Shown here piece after piece: positions 25,401 to 38,000 of a stretch of DNA of 64,000 nt. Each line of letters begins with the position of its first letter. Within the stretch, counting starts at the first letter, position 1. A model generated the notes under the pieces. The model was not told where the DNA came from. It saw only the letters and a program-made list of their open reading frames with translations, and did not search any database. Source of the DNA: Antedon mediterranea (taxonomy: Eukaryota; Animalia; Echinodermata); NCBI RefSeq assembly GCF_964355755.1, contig NC_092671.1, forward strand, positions 16,244,001-16,308,000. The letters are read 5' to 3'. The position numbers and the translations under genes were made by a program.

Positions 25401-26818
25401 CACAAATAAACACATATATTAAAATGTTAACATCAACGAATTAGTGTTTATGGTTATTTTTGTATCGTAATAACAAACTTTGTACATGTAGTTGTAGAAA
25501 GCAATTGCACTCTTAATGAAGAAACGCCGTTATAAAAGAGCGCCATCTATAAAGTTTGTAAAACATTTTGGCTCTTTTTTTTCGGATAAATCAAGTAGTG
25601 ATAAAGTGACAATACTGTAGCGAAGTTACGACTTCCGATAACAGTTTACTAAAATATTCTTGAACATTCTTGGTGTGTTCTATATTGTATAAGTGAAAAT
25701 AAATTCAGTCCATCACATTGTGTAGATGTATCTCCTTCCTGCTAATAAGGCCTCATTTTATCTCCTAGAAAACAAAAGCAAATAGGGAAATAAAGTCGTA
25801 TATACATTACAATTGTGAGAAGAATAACACGTAATGTTTACATTCAAAACAGTTAGAAGTATTTTGGCTTATATCTAAACATCAATGAATGTAATGGAAC
25901 AGAATTATTTTAAGGAAATGTTTAAGCCTAAATCAGTAAACGTATTTAACTTATATTTGATCGATTATTCTAAATTAGGAATTGTTGATGTTACCCCTAC
26001 AATAATATAGTTTTCAAAGTTGATGTTGGAGTGCCGTTTTTTAATAGAAATCTTATTATTGTTCAATTTTCATATAAGTCTAATTTCAATGACAAATTAT
26101 GTCGTAGAGATGGTTTTTATAAACACAAACCTGTAATTCGGTCTTATTAAAGATGTATATCATGAAGTCATAACAGATATTAATAGAGTGAAGACTGAAA
26201 AAAATGAATTGTTCATACCAAAGAACAACCTAAAATACCGGGTATTCCTCTTCAACAAAACAGATATAATTTTCGCTGTTGTCGTCGATTGGATTTGTTG
26301 GAATTTACTTAAACTTTAATTTATTATTGATTTTCTATTGCATTTAATGACTGAACAGTGTTTGATTGTAGCCTCCATAAATAGTTTTTATCTATTTATT
26401 CCCCGGCGTGAGTTTTTCTGAATTTACATTATTTACACAACGTATTGTAATTGACAGTAACTGATGGAACATTTTCTACTTAATTTGCGCTTGTATTTGT
26501 TCATCTATCTTCACCAGGTAAACATATAGGCCTACTGGTTTACAAAGTATATGCTGTATTTCAACGATCTTTGTTACCAGTCTCACGGGGATGTAAAAGC
26601 AAAACTGTATAGGCGCAATTAATGAGTTAGCTGCAGGCGTTTTATATATAATTAATACTAGGATTAATAGGCTACCCCTTGTAATTGATATTGGGATTAA
26701 TGGTTGAGCATTTTAAAGACGTAGTTCTATCGACGAACCTATTATGTAGTAATTGCATGTTAAATCTACTACTAGTCTTATGGTAAAATTACCATACAGT
26801 AATTGAAATCAATGCGAT

Positions 26819-27115
26819 TTAGTTCACCTTTTCAAAATTAGACGTTTCGTAGCCAAGAGCTTGGTCAAACGTTGGAAATGTTTTTGAATTTTCTTGTCTC
26901 TGCATCTCAAAATTTATCCAAGCACGAACAAGATTTCCTAGGTCTATTTGCTTGGAGGAATCGGGAAAAGCAGACAAATTACGGTCATCGTTTAGGTCGA
27001 AGAGTGACGTTCGTTTGCCCCATTGCGTTCCCTTATGAATCCTCCTTTTTTGGGCTTGTGTTGAAGATGCCAGTACGGCAGCAATTACCAAACATGTAAA
27101 TATTTCACGATACAT
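26819..27115 (-). CDS. Neuropeptide/prohormone precursor (98 aa); predicted mature pQKRRIHKGTQW-amide or a shorter (R)IHKGTQW-amide
   Basis: Good start context (gccATG); hydrophobic signal peptide ending SSTQA; peptide immediately followed by G-K-R (amide donor + dibasic convertase site); acidic C-terminal associated peptide; splice acceptor tcttgcAG 20 nt upstream of the ATG (exon starts 27135). Confidence 0.88.
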   Translation of the reverse strand: MYREIFTCLVIAAVLASSTQAQKRRIHKGTQWGKRTSLFDLNDDRNLSAFPDSSKQIDLGNLVRAWINFEMQRQENSKTFPTFDQALGYETSNFEKVN

Positions 27116-27498
27116 GGCTGTATTTAGTTCTCAACCTGCAAGATATTAAGTACAAGATTGATAAGTTGTGATAATTTGATTATTCTTATACTGCTGTAAC
27201 GCCACTTAAATTATCCTAATGAACTTATAGAATTAGAAATTTCAACGTTTAAACCGTCTTCTGGTGAATACGTGCTAAATAGTGTTAGGCGAGTCATTGT
27301 GTGTCTGTCTGGTCATTTAAAAAAACGTTTAATGGATTTCATGGATTTAAGCGGTGTTATCGGAGGTGTTATTCGGGGTGTTAGCCGGGGTGTTACCACA
27401 CACGAATATGTATTTCTATTCTTCGCCACAAAAATCCGAATATGTAATAATTAAATAGAGAGATTTCGATTTGTGACGGCCTACACGTTGTGTCGCTA

Positions 27499-27665
27499 GT
27501 CGTCGCTTGAACCTAAATCCTCCAAAACTAATATGGAGATATTATACCATGAAGGATCGAACTAGAGTCCCTAAGTCTTAGGTCGTCGCTTGAACCTAAA
27601 TCCTGCAAAACTAATATGGAGATATTATACCATGAAGGAGCTAGACCTAAGTCTTAGGTCGTCGT
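27499..27665 (+). repeat. Tandem duplication, ~83 bp unit
   Basis: GTCGTCGCTTGAACCTAAATCCT..AAAACTAATATGGAGATATTATACCATGAAGGA at 27499 and 27582. Confidence 0.9.
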
Positions 27666-28700
27666 TAATCGAATGCTTCCTAATACATTATATAAAACAA
27701 TACCAATTACTTATAGTAATAATAACATCGATAATAATAAAACTAATTTTACCAAACGAGTATTAAACGTTCATTGAAGCAAAGTCAACTTATTTATTAA
27801 GATCAATCAATCAAATTAACATTTATTTCTTCCGCAGTAAAATAACAACAAATATCCAATATAAATTGTAAAATGAAGGAAGAGGGCAAAACTCATAAAG
27901 TAACGCCAGATGAAAAACAGAAAACTATTAATCAAAAGACCTTGTGACGAACAAGCCCTAAATGATAAATATAAATAAAAATTACCGTATACTGTTGCAA
28001 TTTACTTTGTCTAACATATAAATGACGTGAACAAGTTTTTAAATTCTAAGCAGCAATTCGTAACTGGTTTTAAAACGTAAAACATCCAATTGCCTTCTCA
28101 TGGTAAGAATAAGTCACTCAATAAAGAAAATACGTACTTGTTTTTGTGACATTAATGTAATATTATTACAACCGTACTTATACCTAAATTATTGATTTCT
28201 GTATTCCTAAACGTATAGTTGCGTGAGCTTCATATTGTAATATTTGTACTAAGGGACAATGCACTAAAGGTTATTAGATTAAGTATTGTGCCAGAGGAAA
28301 TATGTTTCGACCACGATGACTACGGGCGAACGAATCAATGCCTTTTTAAAAGTGTTTTCAATACGAAAGAACCGAACTATTTGGAATCATAAATTAATTA
28401 ACTTTTATTGCACAAGAATATTATTACATGCCAAATTACATGTAATATTACATATAATTCAAAAAGTCAATACAAAATTCAGAATACATAAGTTGAAATG
28501 CACCAAAATACAATATAAAAATCAGAAATATACAAGAAAAAGCAAATACAATATTATATAGTTTAATAAATAAATGAATTAATAAATGAATGTGAATGGA
28601 AGAAGAAATGATAACAACAATAAATTGAATTGTAACTAATTAATTAATTATCGTCATATCATCAATATTTCTCATATTAGTAGTTTTATCAATTATTTAA

Positions 28701-30262
28701 ATTCAAGTTCAAATTCAAGTTCAAGTTCAAATTTATTCACATAATGCAAACACATACAAAAATATAATAGATACAAATGGTTGGAAATTAAGGAAATAAT
28801 AGTTGCATTATGCCTGGAGAATACCAGAATAAATAAAGTAGAGTTAAAAATAATAATAATAATCATAGGTGAAGATTAGCTACTGACAGACAGGGACGCA
28901 CAAGGACGACAGGAAGGACAAACGGTATTTATATAATTTGCTTAATTAAATTTAATTTTAGTATTAATATGATCGAAATAATTAATTTACTTTATATTTT
29001 GATATTAGATAGGATTTGTAGTTTATTTTTAGAGTATTATTTGTTTTGCTATTAGTTATTGACGGCTTAAGAGAGTTCCAGAGTACAGTAGGGGACCTGT
29101 ATGTAGTATAGAGTTTAGTATTAGCTTACTGTTATAGTTTTTGGAAATGTAGTTGTTTGCGTTCCTAGTGTTATATGTGTGTAGTTCGTTATTTTTAGTG
29201 AAGAAACCGTTGAAAGTGGTTGGAAGTTTGTTATTTGAGTACCTATACATGAAGAGGGCAGTTTGCAATTTGTTAATTTCAAAAATGTTTAGGGTATTTA
29301 GGGTGTGAAAAAGAGGTTTAGAGTGAGAGAAGTAGTTAGAGAGAGTGCAAATGCGAAGGGCGTTTTTTGGAGTTTGAATAGTTTGTCTATTTTGGTTGTT
29401 TCCGTGCTGGTCCATGGACAGAGAGTTCGATGTTTTGAGTCAGTGGCTGCCCATGCAATGTTGCAGTAAGAGAGATGTGGAAGTATTAGAGTATTGTATA
29501 AAGAAAAAAGAATGTTAGACGGAAGAGTGAATTTAAGTTGTTTTAGTATGCCAATAGTTCTTGAAATTGTTTTTGATATGTTACTAATATGGAGATTCCA
29601 GTTCAGTTTATTATCAATAATCACACCAAGAAAATGGGTGTGGTCGACTGGTTTGATAGGTATATTATCGATATAGATATTTGTATTTGTAGCATTATTA
29701 TTGTTTTTATTTCCGGAAAAGTGAATGTAATTTGTTTTGCTGATATTTAGTGAAAGCTTGTTGATTTTAAACCAGTTTGAAACGTTTCGGATTTCTCGGT
29801 TGAAAGTTTGAATTAAAGTGTTAGGATCTGGGCCGGAGAGAAAGATATTAGTGTCATCTGCAAATAGAACATAAGAGAAATAGTTTGAGGTATATATCAG
29901 ATCATTTATGTAGATTAGACAGAGAAGGGACCGAGAATAGAACCTTGAGGAACGCCACATTTAACAGGAAGGATGCCAGAGGAGTGAGAATTGAGAGAAG
30001 TGAATTGCATTCTGTCTTGAAGGTAGTTAGTAATTAGGGATAATGGAATTCCACGGATGCCATAGTGGTTAAGTTTAGATAGGAGGATTGAATGGTCAAT
30101 AGTGTCAAAAGCTTTAGATAGGTCAAGGAATAGGCGAATGGTGTGATGTTTTTTTGATAGTGCGACAGAAATTTTATTTTGGATGTCAAGAAGTGCGAGA
30201 TCAGTGGAGTGTTGTAAGCGGAAGCCATACTGGTTGTTTTGGAGAATGTTATGGGAATTAAT
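28701..30262 (-). mobile_element. 5'-truncated, frameshifted LINE (CR1/L2 group) reverse transcriptase remnant with 3' UTR and simple-repeat tail
   Basis: ORF pieces contain RT motifs LIYINDL, YVLFADDT, WFKINKLSLNISKT, FLGVIIDNKLNW, LYNTLILPHLSYC and the C-terminal HTYNTR; the DLSKAFDTIDH motif is readable near 30125-30090; (TTGAA[C/T])n tail after AATAAA at about 28701-28737. Confidence 0.93.
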
Positions 30263-30995
30263 TAAAAACCAAAATTACGGAAGACTAAAACAACTCCCAA
30301 ATGTGTAGGCCCTAATTTATTATTAGGATTGTTTTTTAATTAAGGACCCTGAGATTGCTCCAATCCATATCAAATACACAAACCTATTTAATATGTTTGT
30401 TAGCAAAAATATGTTGTTGTCAATTCAATTAATTCAATAACCGTGAAAAGCTTACGAAATCGGATGATCAGTAAATCCTAGCCCTTACAATCTACAGCTC
30501 AAGTGATAATGAGAGACCATTGAATAGATATTTAACACGATGATATTTAGCATGGATGCTTCTAACATAGATAAGTAGTCGGTGTGTGTTATAATGTAGT
30601 TTTTATAAACCTTTCTAACTCCCGAATGAATGTGACATATCAGTCACGAGGCCACATCGTCATCAAAATATTTAGGCAATAATGACTGCGGTATTATTAC
30701 ATTTTCTTTTATAGAGTCCTTTATAAGCATAATTTATATCTCTAATATCTTAACACCGCAAATCTTAACATGGGCCATGAGAATAATATGTGAAAATAAA
30801 TTTTGAAATAAAGATTTGGAAGTATTTGTAATAAGAATATTCAGAAATTAGCTAATATAAACTAGATGATTCTCGATACAGTCTCACATGTTATACATAT
30901 ATACACTGTATTACACAATGTACCTATGATATTGGACAGATATGCCATATGTAGAGATAAAGTACAGATAATCGAGTGAATAATAAAGAGCATCT

Positions 30996-31080
30996 GTAAT
31001 TAGATGTTTTGCCCTACTCTGACGTAATTTTTAATTTATACTAAGTACACTTGTCAGAGTAGGGCAAAACATCTAATTAC
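30996..31080. repeat. Perfect 28 bp inverted repeat, 29 nt spacer
   Basis: GTAATTAGATGTTTTGCCCTACTCTGAC (30996-31023) / GTCAGAGTAGGGCAAAACATCTAATTAC (31053-31080). Confidence 0.92.
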
Positions 31081-31472
31081 TCAACTCCCTGACGAAAAAC
31101 TACAATTACAAAGAGCATCTGAACACCAGTTCTTATTTGGACTGTTTTGTTTGTCTTAATGTTTAAAAGTAAAGATAGGTATAACATTATGGAGTGTTTA
31201 ATGTTAAAACAACATACAATTCCATGTTGTATAAATAAAAATTGTATCTTTGCGCTTAGTAAACATTCATCTCAACTTGGTTGTAAGTCAATAATATAAC
31301 CTGAACAGAAATGTTTTCCATAAGGAATTTATTTATTTATTTTTTTATTCAGTATAAATTAATATGAAAAAGAAAAACAAACCGACTCAGCGGTGACATG
31401 AGGCAGAACACATCTTAAAAACAAAAGATTAATTAAATTAAAATAATGGTTTGATAATTAGAGTCTTAAAGA

Positions 31473-31715
31473 GTTTTCACTTCTTAACAATGATGACTTA
31501 AGGAAAAACAAGGCCAACAGCCATAAGTCGCGTGCTAAAACGCATAGTGATACCGGACCGACAGACAGACCGACAGACCGACCGACATAGTGAACTATTG
31601 AGGTCGGTCGGTCTGTCGGTCTGTCTGTCGGTCCGGTATCACTATGCGTTTTAGCACGCGACTTATGGCTGTTGGCCTTGTTTTGCTTAAGTCATCATTG
31701 TTAAGAAGTGAAAAC
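31473..31715. repeat. Near-perfect long palindrome (~113 bp arms, 16 nt loop) containing a Helentron/HINE-like fragment
   Basis: 31473-31586 is the reverse complement of 31603-31715 apart from about one small difference; the arms include AACAAGGCC..AGTCGCGTGC and a GACA/GACC microsatellite like that of non-autonomous Helentrons. Confidence 0.92.
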
Positions 31716-34700
31716 AGACCTAAATGCCGACTTATACCTATTTATAGTGCATGATTATTATAGTACCGGTGCGTTGTTGATAGATTATTAACTTTTTACA
31801 ATTCTAAGATCCACTCCAACATTTATATCATTGTTAATGAGACAATGTTGTAAGACCTTCTTGCCAAAAATGATACAACAATGTTATTAATCATAAAATT
31901 AATTAAATTAATTAAACAACCGGTATATTTTGTTTGATTAAAATATTTACATTGCTCTTATAACTCATTATGAATGTTTGGAAATTATTGTACAACACTC
32001 AATATTACCGGATGTGTGGGCAGTTGTCTACTAATACACGCCATTACTGTAAGTGATACACGTTGTAAATCATATTGATTACATTTTCTTTTACAGTCAG
32101 TATAGTTTGTCCACCGCCCCTCCCACCCACAAGACTGTTATTACTTGGAAAATAAATTTTGTTTTTTCAGGTATAGTACTTGTATTGTAATTTGGCAAAA
32201 TAGAATTTTGAAAAGTAGTACTTTCTTTGTTTGTCCACAATTTTCAATTTATCATGATTATTTCGGTGTGAATAGATATATACTTACAGAACATGTCTAT
32301 TGATTTTCAGAAAAATCGATATATTGATGATGTAACAATCAATGTGACGGAAATGATAAATAGGACGCCCTCTGTTGCTTTTTTATTTTTCCAAAGATCT
32401 TAGAAAGTATATCTTTCTAAGATCTTTGATTTCTCTGTTTCCGAGTGCTTTCATTTTTTGTTTGTATGTTTGCACGACAGCGTCAACAATGTTTAAGTTG
32501 TTCATTAATAGGTATATTCTTACAGAATTTGTATTTATATGGGTGACTTCATAAAAACTTACTCTCGAGTTACCTTTAATGTGAGCTAAAATATAAAATA
32601 GAACGCCCTCTGTCGCTCTGAATTTTCCCCGAGCGCTTTGTTTATTTACTTATTTTATTTAAATGTTCTTGTTTCCTCCTTTAACTGTTATGTTTTAATC
32701 GGTTGTTTTATTAGCCGATTTTCGTATGGTATCATGTCTAGCGACGATTAACTGTGGGGCTGTTTTATTATCAAGCGACGGTAACAGACCGAGAATCGGT
32801 TAGTTTTCACTCGTTCTTCACACCCTTTTCAAACATTAAAGCGTGCCCTTCTTTCCCTGTTAAGTACTTATCTAGTACTGTTTTTTTCTCTCTTGTATGG
32901 TAGACTAACCACTAGCAATGTCTCACAATGCTTCGTGTATTAAACAATGATTTCCTTAATCACTTTTTTCAAACACTTTTTTGAATATAATATTCCGTTT
33001 TTTAGAATAATTTTCTCGTACTTATATCAAAACATAAATTGAAGAGATATTTCAGTCTTAATATGTTAGTATTATTTTAAGTTTATATTATTTTACCGTC
33101 TCAATGCTAGCATGCAAACCCTACTAACAATAAAATCAAACGCATTAACTTACAAAAAAAATATATTAACTCAAAAAGCAAGTGGGCTATTGTTTGTATA
33201 AACAATCAATTTAGTTCACTGTTGATATTACTTATATTTTTAGTGACGTATTCTTACGACTTATTTCTAAGAAGGAATGGAACATAAATTACGACACAAG
33301 ATAACTTATAAAATTGGCATGAGAACATATGTAGCGCATTTTTAGATGATAAAATGGAATAGTGTGTTTTGTAACATTCATTCTGATTGTTCATTATACC
33401 ATAGGACTAAATCCGAAAAGCCTTCAGATACTCATAGTATAGATACTCTTCGGCATCTAGGCCTTATGAACCGCAACCTCAGGCATATATAATTAACGCA
33501 TTTAATTGCAGACAATAATCTGATAATAGTAATGATTATTATTAATTGTACTAAGAGGACTATGGGGAGAGTAATTTATTATAAGAACGATTTGTTTAAA
33601 CATGAACCTAATTAAATATCAACATGCATGTTAATTTATAGTTTGCAAATTGATTAAGAAATACTGTAGGATCGACTGATTGTTCATCCTTAAAATGTCA
33701 TTATGATTTAACAGCTGCTTAAGGAGCATAGTAAACTAGTTTTGCTCTTTCAAGTATTTGCTTATCCACCTTGCTCACGAGGGAATTAAACTAGTGATTC
33801 GATTTGTGTGTAAATTACTAGTACAGTTTTTTTTGTTTAACCGCGTTTCTGTACTATGTTGTGTCTTGAATCAAGGACTGTAAGTCCCTACTTATGGTAC
33901 GTAGAGTTTCAACAACACGTTCTCTATACATTAATGTACTGGCATAAATTTTTATTAGTTCGATTAATCTTATTCTTACATTTTCATTAAAATATCGCTC
34001 ATTTTACATATCTCCATAGGAACCTGAATAATGATAGCCTTTTACATGTGTAAACTAACATTGTTATTTTATTTTATGGTTTCACTAGTTGTCTTCTACT
34101 TTGAGTCTTGATTGTAAAAGATCGAGTGTCGTTGCCTAGAATTTCCATTTAAACATAAAAATGATAATATACTGTACCATAAATTATATTTTTTATTGTG
34201 AAAACTATGAAAAGAAAGATGCAAAAGTACACAGACGGACAGATGGTATTATATCGACGTTTCAATTGCCAAAAAAATCGATGTGTTGAAAAGTCTCGCT
34301 ATATGATTATTCACACTTCCAGGCTACAAAAAAACGTACGTTCGTAATGCTGTCAGACCCTTTTAAGGGCGCGATCTATTAAAAAGGAATGGTCTACTAG
34401 TCTACCACAGCAACGTATCGAAGCTGTTTAATTTGTGAAAGGGGCTTTCGAAGGCAGATTAAAAATGTGTATAATAATGCGAAATATGAAATGATTTCTA
34501 CCTAATACAATACTCGTTAAGGGTTAGAATCGTGTAAACACCATTGGTTTCTTTAATTATATTATTAACAAATAGTTCTTGTTCATTAATTATTATATTT
34601 GAAGTAAATTATAGCAACTTAATTACCTCGTCTGTTTTCTATTGTCCACTTTATTGATGTCCGTTAAATTTGTACTTATATTATACATGTTGTGGTATTG

Positions 34701-37659
34701 GATCAGCTGCAGGCATGGGGATACTTGGAATACAGCTGAGTTTGTTAATGATTATTCTATTGCGGTTTCAATATCCATTATTTCTTAATTGGAAAGAACG
34801 CGATCGTCGTGTATTTTTGTGAAAACATTGACCAAACAAATGGACAAATGAAAGAGAATTAATAAAAACAATAAACGATGTTGAATTGTTACTTTATAAT
34901 CGTCCGTACAAATCTTGTTGAAGATTGGGAGTAAATGATTGTTCTCTATTCTATTCTGTTTATTATGTTTTTGTTTCTCCATGTCTGCAATTACATTAGC
35001 TCATGACGTAGCAATTAACACGTCCTACTGTACAATTCTGTACAAATTATATGCAGCCATTGAAAACTATACGATTACAAATGGATTTTATGAGTTGATG
35101 TTGGGATTCGTTACGTCAAAATAAGGCAGGTTCAATTCCAAAATTAATTTTTAAAATTACGAAGAATCACATCGTCGACGAATGGAATACATCCGAAATG
35201 TACCAATTATGATTCATTTCAGATCTCGTTTTAATAAATCAAGAACGAATTCTCAAACGACACATAGGATCTGAAAATGCTTTGCCTAAAGTTATGATTG
35301 AAATCCACTCATACCTACTCATTGGCTAGATCTTCCAAATCCACCAATTACATTTTATTTTATCATTCTGATTTTTTATTCATCTTTTTGTTGACCTATA
35401 ATGATCCATTAACGGTAATTGCTCGCGTAAATACTGCATAATTGTGATGATATAAAGATAAATTTAGAAAATCGGATATTTGAATAATGTTTATTAATGT
35501 TTTATGACTTATCAATTGCAGGTTTTAAGCTAGCATTAGCTTTAATTGTTAATTCTAATGTAAGTTTGTAATAATCACAAAATGATATTTAATGAAGAAC
35601 AGATGAAAATATACTTTTATGTGACTTGCAATAATTGATGTGACATAAATCTTGAATTTGTAAACTTTTTTTTTTGGCAATGCCTGTAGAACTGCTAAAA
35701 CTAGTTTTATACGATGTTGACAAATTACGCTCAGATAGTTGGGAACCTAATTATTTTGTTAAGTAAAAGAAAGTGATGGTGGAAGTGTATAACGTGAGGT
35801 GATTAATTATTTAATGAATTGCTATTTGCCCTTACGTAAACTTATATAAAGATGCAATGGGTACCTTTTCTGTGACAAACACGTTATCTTGCTAACTAGA
35901 ATTTTGGCAAAAGTCACTGATTAAGACATATCGTTACATATAGTATTGGATATCTGCCTATAAGAATACTCATGTATCATGATAAAGAAGTCTCATTAAT
36001 GTATTTCGTACAACCATCGATTTATACTGATACACTTGTATGCTCATCAAGAAACCAAAAACCGGATCGATTCCTCCTTACCATCCTGACTAAATTCGTC
36101 AAACAGAAAGATGAGCATGGTAAGATAAGTGCAAATAGCACCAGCTTACATTATAGATACAGACATTGTATTTAAATAACTTAAACAGCAATGGTCAGTC
36201 GAGAATGCACAATGCATTGATGTCATTAAGATGTTAATTGTGAATAACCTTTTCGTAATTAAAGACAATCAAGAAATCTCAGTTTCATTGAAAATAAACA
36301 CATTTTAAAAATTAGAACGAAATATAACTCCTTCATTCAGACCATTAGGCTCTATTTGCCATTGATAAATTTCTTCTCCAATTGTTTAATGTTTCTGCAT
36401 CGTCTACTGAAATGTAAATTATTGTTTTTCAGTGTGTATTATATAGGACACTTACAACAATTCATTTCTAAGCATGTTTTCTCTTTCCATTAAGTTTGAA
36501 ATAATAAACGATGTAGCCACAAAGCAGTACTATTTTATTTGACAAAGAAAGAATTGACTGAAATTACAATCAAACGTAAGCAAAAGACAGTACATTTAAA
36601 ATAAAAGTCAATTAGTTGAATGGTGAGGGCATATGATATCAAAAGTAATGATCATTAAAATCAACAAGCTGATTCATAAATAATTTGCAAAACGACGACT
36701 AGTCTATAACGACTAAAAACCAATTTTTGTTTATTTTTTTCGCCATAAAAAATATTAAAAAAACAAAAAAGGAATTTATTTTTAAACAACAATGTACTAG
36801 ATTATTTTCTTCTATGTCTTTTTCTGTTAACTGAGCTGCCAAACTAACAATAATATTTATTTCACAATCGTAAAAACATAACAATTACAATAAATCGGAT
36901 TGAACATAGGCAAAACTTTCGACGCTATTTAACTCTTTTGTAAAATTTCAGGATAAAAGAAGAAATCTTTGTTTATTGACAATTTTAAATTAATTCATTT
37001 TGTAAGAAAAATAGGTAAAATACTATCAATAAGAGTGTATAAATAGACTAACGATGGCACGAAACGTATTTGCCAATGGCCAAAAGGCAATAAATTATAC
37101 AATAAGTTCATTAAGTAAGTCTTAAGTTAGTCTTGTATTCATTATTACAACGGAATGAGACTAGTGGGTAAATCAAATGATTCTAAATTTTGTTACAATC
37201 ATATGATATTATATGGTGTATCTAATCAACGCTCACAGTAACACCTCGTATACAATCCCACCGGAAAACCGAACGATTTATGTGTGTTGTTGTATGCAAA
37301 CCTTCTAACATTACACGCAATTTAAATGTTATTGTGTGATATAAATTATTATAAAATAGGCATATTTCCATATTTATATTTTCAGCCTTGACAATAATAA
37401 ATTCGAGTCGTTATTGTCTTTGTCGCTACCATAGTCTAAGTGAAAACAAAAAAACAATGACATAACAAAGAGTACCTACCAAATTAAATTATACGAATGT
37501 AAATAATATGTAGATGCGAAATAAAATAATATTATAAAGTAATATTATTTTCAAAATTATGATTCAGAAATGAAACTTGATGATATTCATATCTTGAAAA
37601 TCTATGTGAGATCGTAAATTCGAAGAGACATAATTGTCATTAATTTTGTTGATGATATA

Positions 37660-38000
37660 CATATTTTGTACGCACGCGCACGCGTACGCTGATAACATAC
37701 AGTATTACAGCTTTGTTTACGACGCGCGCACGCATATTGATGATAATGATACAGCATTTTTATGCACGCGTAAGCTGATGATAACATTATACAGCTAGCT
37801 TTTTACGTTTGTGATAATACAGCTTTAATATGCATGCGTACGCTCATGATAGTAGTACAGCTTGTGTACGCACACGTAAGTTGATGATAATAGTACATCT
37901 TTTAGTACGTACGCGTACGATGATGATGATAATGGTATAGTCTTTTACGCACGCGCGTTCGCCGATAGTAGGCCTACAACTTTTTTACGTATGCGTCAAC
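37660..38000 (+). repeat. Degenerate minisatellite (~40 bp unit) with CpG-rich core
   Basis: Repeated TACAGC(T)n-ACGCACGCGTACGC-TGATGATAA pattern, roughly 8 diverged copies. Confidence 0.75.

Noticed and set aside
27020-27040. KGTQ match to the spexin C-terminus (LYLKGTQ-amide)
   Set aside because: Only four residues; the NWTPQ-type N-terminus is absent and a Trp precedes the amide-donor Gly.
26819-27115. Luqin/RWamide assignment
   Set aside because: The peptide ends QW-amide rather than RW-amide and the precursor lacks the paired C-terminal cysteines of luqin precursors.
29056-30228. Active reverse transcriptase or novel RT system
   Set aside because: 5'-truncated and frameshifted, no endonuclease domain; an ordinary dead LINE copy.
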